A DNA stretch of 10,371 nt from Vulcanimicrobiota bacterium (lineage in GTDB: Bacteria > Vulcanimicrobiota > Vulcanimicrobiia > Vulcanimicrobiales > Vulcanimicrobiaceae). Position numbers and translations under genes: made by a program. Positions 7,755 to 10,371 of this stretch are shown here, piece by piece. Under the pieces are notes generated by a model. That model was not told the origin of the DNA. It searched no databases and saw only the letters and a program-made list of their open reading frames with translations. How positions within the stretch are numbered: the stretch's first letter is position 1; each line of letters starts with the position of its first letter. The DNA lies in assembly GCA_963733295.1 (NCBI GenBank), contig CAVTCS010000009.1, forward strand, positions 1 to 10,371. The letters run 5' to 3'.

Positions 7755-8990
7755 TCGGAGTTGACCCGGTTACGTGGACACTTTCCACCTTACGGAGAAA
7801 GAGTCCCCCCCGGTGACAAAGGTCCGCACGTATCCGCCGGAGTTTCGGCTTAAGGTCCCGGAATAATCCCCCCCCGTGCGGACTCTGATCTATATCCCCC
7901 GAGAAACAAATCCCCCCACAGGCCCTAATAAACTGGCAAAAACACAAACATATCAACTCCAGCCCCCCCCTAAAACGGCCTACCGCCCAGGGGAACGACA
8001 CAACCAAGATCCCCTTAACACGCTCCGGGCTCAAGAAAAGGCAACAGAAAAAAATCCGACACCCCGCTCCCTCGGTAGCCCAAGAGGCAACTGAAAAAGA
8101 CATCGGATTCGATTCATCAAACCAGGCCGAACATATCATCCCACTATGAGCCGGCGGCTTCCCGCGGTCTCGCCCTCATCCTGCCTTGGCGCCTGCGATC
8201 AGTTCGAGCGCCGCCAACCCTCCATCCCTGGCTACGAGAAAAGAGGAGGCATTATAGCGGGAGTCGGACCCATTATGGTCGGCCGCGTACATACCGATCT
8301 CCGCGCGACCCGGGTATCTCCGTCTCCGGCAAGCGCGTAGCCCGACTGATGCGAACGCAAAATATTCGGGGTTTCTCGCCCCGAAAAGAGAAGAACAACA
8401 ATCTCAAAACCCGGGCGCCCCCCCTCCTGATGAGGTGGGAGCCCACGTCGCCTCACATAATGAGTAAACGGGCTCCTAGGTCACCGACAACCCCTAAGTC
8501 GCGGGATTTCTAAGGGCTATCGCTCTCCATCGGTCCCGACGTCTTCTTTCCGCGCGTTCTAGGCGAACCATCGCTGAACCCCTCCGCCCCTAACGCGCCC
8601 TATACGCCCACTATATGGCGATAGCCCTCCGACGCCCTCCAACATTCTGGGTCGGTAACCCACACAGCCCAACTGATACAGCTCGATCGCTCTCGATCCG
8701 GGCAATCAACCACCGAATTCAACGATGAATGGGATCAGAAGGCGATTGCTAAAAGCACCCAATGGACGAAGGAAAATAAATCCTCTCCGACGCCGGAGCT
8801 TCCAGAGCCAGCCAGGCCCGACCCGCGGATTCAAACGCCGAACAAGGAGCCGGCGAAACCCCAAACGACGGTATCTATCGTCTCCGCTATTACAATCGAG
8901 ATATTTCCCAGCGGCGGATAAGCGAGCTGCAACGTGAAAGGAGCCAAACATCCAATTCCGACAAATCCACTTTGCTAGCGTCGCACTCCA
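7755..8990 (+). mobile_element. Degraded or badly miscalled IS3-family insertion sequence (about 1.24 kb)
   Basis: Left end GGAGTTGACCCGGTTACGTGGACAC and right end TCCAC...CACTCCA resemble IS3-type TIRs. OrfA-like start GTG 7813 gives TKVRTYPPEFRLK. OrfB-like fragments: NQAEHIIPTMSR, SGKRVARLMRTQNIRG (about 8325-8372), MGSEGDC (about 8729) and RNPKRR (YNxxRRH-like). Confidence 0.78.
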
Positions 8991-9021
8991 AGCGCATGGT
9001 CTGCCCGACCCAGAACGCGAT

Positions 9022-10371
9022 TTAGATCGTAGCGGCTTTCAGCTCGGCCAACACCTTAGCCGGCTTAAAGGGAACAGACCCAATGCGTGCCCCGGTCGCG
9101 TCGAAAATCGCGTTGGCGATAGCGGAGGATCACGGAGCCGTCGGCGCGTGGCCCCACGGCGGTCGTTCAGGGCGATCGATTAGTTCGATGGTGACTTCGG
9201 GGACGTCAGGAAGGTCAGTATAGATAGGTCGCCCAATCGGAACTCATCACCGTACTTCGATTGAAGGTTACCTCCTCGATCAGGTGCGACTGACCCGTAT
9301 GCCGCGACGTTGCCTTTGATCTGATTGCGTAAGCCGGTCGGGTTGATCATGTCCGCAATCGTGAACAACAAAAACACGGTCCACCTTTACGTGGCCACTC
9401 GTACGATCGACGGTGACGTCTGGGCCCACGCGACATGTGTGCGCACGAGCTGACTTTCGTGTAGGAGTGCCCCTGCCTCGCGCGAGCGAGCCGGTGTCGT
9501 CTCGCGTCGCGCGCGGCTCCCACTTCGCGAGTTCGCGCAGACGTTCAAGAACTTCAAGTCCGCGTGGATCCTTGGTGTGTTGGACACGAATTTCAAGAGG
9601 GTGATCATTCGTAGTGCGGCGATTTCGTCCAGAAACTTCGCTGGCAAACCAAGTTGCATGCTGCCCGGTGCACGAATCCAGGCGGATTCAGCGGAGTCGT
9701 TGCCAGGCAATGCGCGGTGATCTCGACATCGGGCAGGGCATAGGGGATACCCCCGCCCAGCCGAGGTGTGGCGGAGAGGTCGGTTACATCCCGCGGCCGT
9801 GTCGCGAGATCGGCGGCGAGCAAAGTTATGCCCGACCGATTCATTGGCTGTTCGGGCACGAAGACGTTGACTCGCCACCAGCAAGGCTCCCGCAGTACTG
9901 ACCTTGGCTTTTAATCAGAAGCATCGGCGGATTCTTGGATCCCAGCCGTGCTCGCTTGACGCATCCATTGCACGCGCACCGGCCGGCCGATCTCCTTAGC
10001 GATCAACGCCGCTCCGACGCACAGTCGTGTGCCCGTTGCAAGCATAGAGCCGCAGCTTCGATGCGATGCAGGACGCTATCTGCGCAACTGCAACATCGTC
10101 GCCAGTTGCGGCGCAGCAGATGGTTGCCTGCGAAGCGGTCCAGACGACGAGTTTCCCGCCTTTGAAATCGGCGACCGCGCACGACGGACCGATTAAGTCC
10201 GTGGTGTCGATCGCGAAGTCGTATGTAGCTTGCACCGTCCGACCTTCGGTCTGCATGGCCTAGTGGAGTCCCCGATGTTCTGCAGCACTTCACTGCGAGA
10301 ATTTTGGTCGAGCGCACGTAGGCGAAAAGCTCTGCCTCCTCGGGCAGTCCAGCCCAAGCCGACCAGGTCGC
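9022..10371 (-). CDS. Xanthine dehydrogenase/aldehyde oxidase family molybdopterin-binding subunit (isoquinoline oxidoreductase beta/NicB-like), 3' part, many frameshifts; 5' end outside the window
   Basis: Stitched motifs TVQATYDFAI, IGPSCAVADFKGGKLVVWTASQA, ALIAKEIGRPVRVQW, HGWDPK, INPTGLRNQIKGNV, IDRPERPPWG, SAIANAIFDATGARIGSVPFKPAKVLAELKAATI-TAA (9024-9022). Confidence 0.88.

Noticed and set aside
7741..8951. ORFs 7741..8139, 7876..8094, 8232..8456 and 8706..8951 as novel small proteins
   Set aside because: They have low-complexity composition and overlap the degraded IS3 remnant, so they are best explained as off-frame or antisense readings.

Overview
A GC-rich bacterial accessory region with many indels, most likely from an unpolished long read or low-coverage assembly. 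Only about 3760-7030 is largely clean. From left to right it contains: two translationally coupled DUF1254/DUF1214-type genes (frameshifted, the second internally deleted); a convergent VOC/glyoxalase gene; a secreted NTF2-like (DUF4440) gene; a HicA-like/eRF1-like ('translational machinery protein') fusion gene coupled to a UBP-type zinc-finger gene; and a VOC fragment. Next come an 8-repeat beta-propeller lipoprotein gene split by a complete IS256-family element (1377 bp, terminal inverted repeats, perfect 9-bp target duplication), a possible secreted hypothetical gene, a badly degraded IS3-family element not resolved by the ORF track, and the 3' part of a xanthine-dehydrogenase-family molybdopterin-binding subunit. 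The most interesting items are the HicA-like/eRF1-like fusion plus zf-UBP pair, the propeller with two hypervariable patches per blade, and a nested RNA structure that would lock the IS256 transposase start. All family assignments come from motif recognition by eye; no searches were run.
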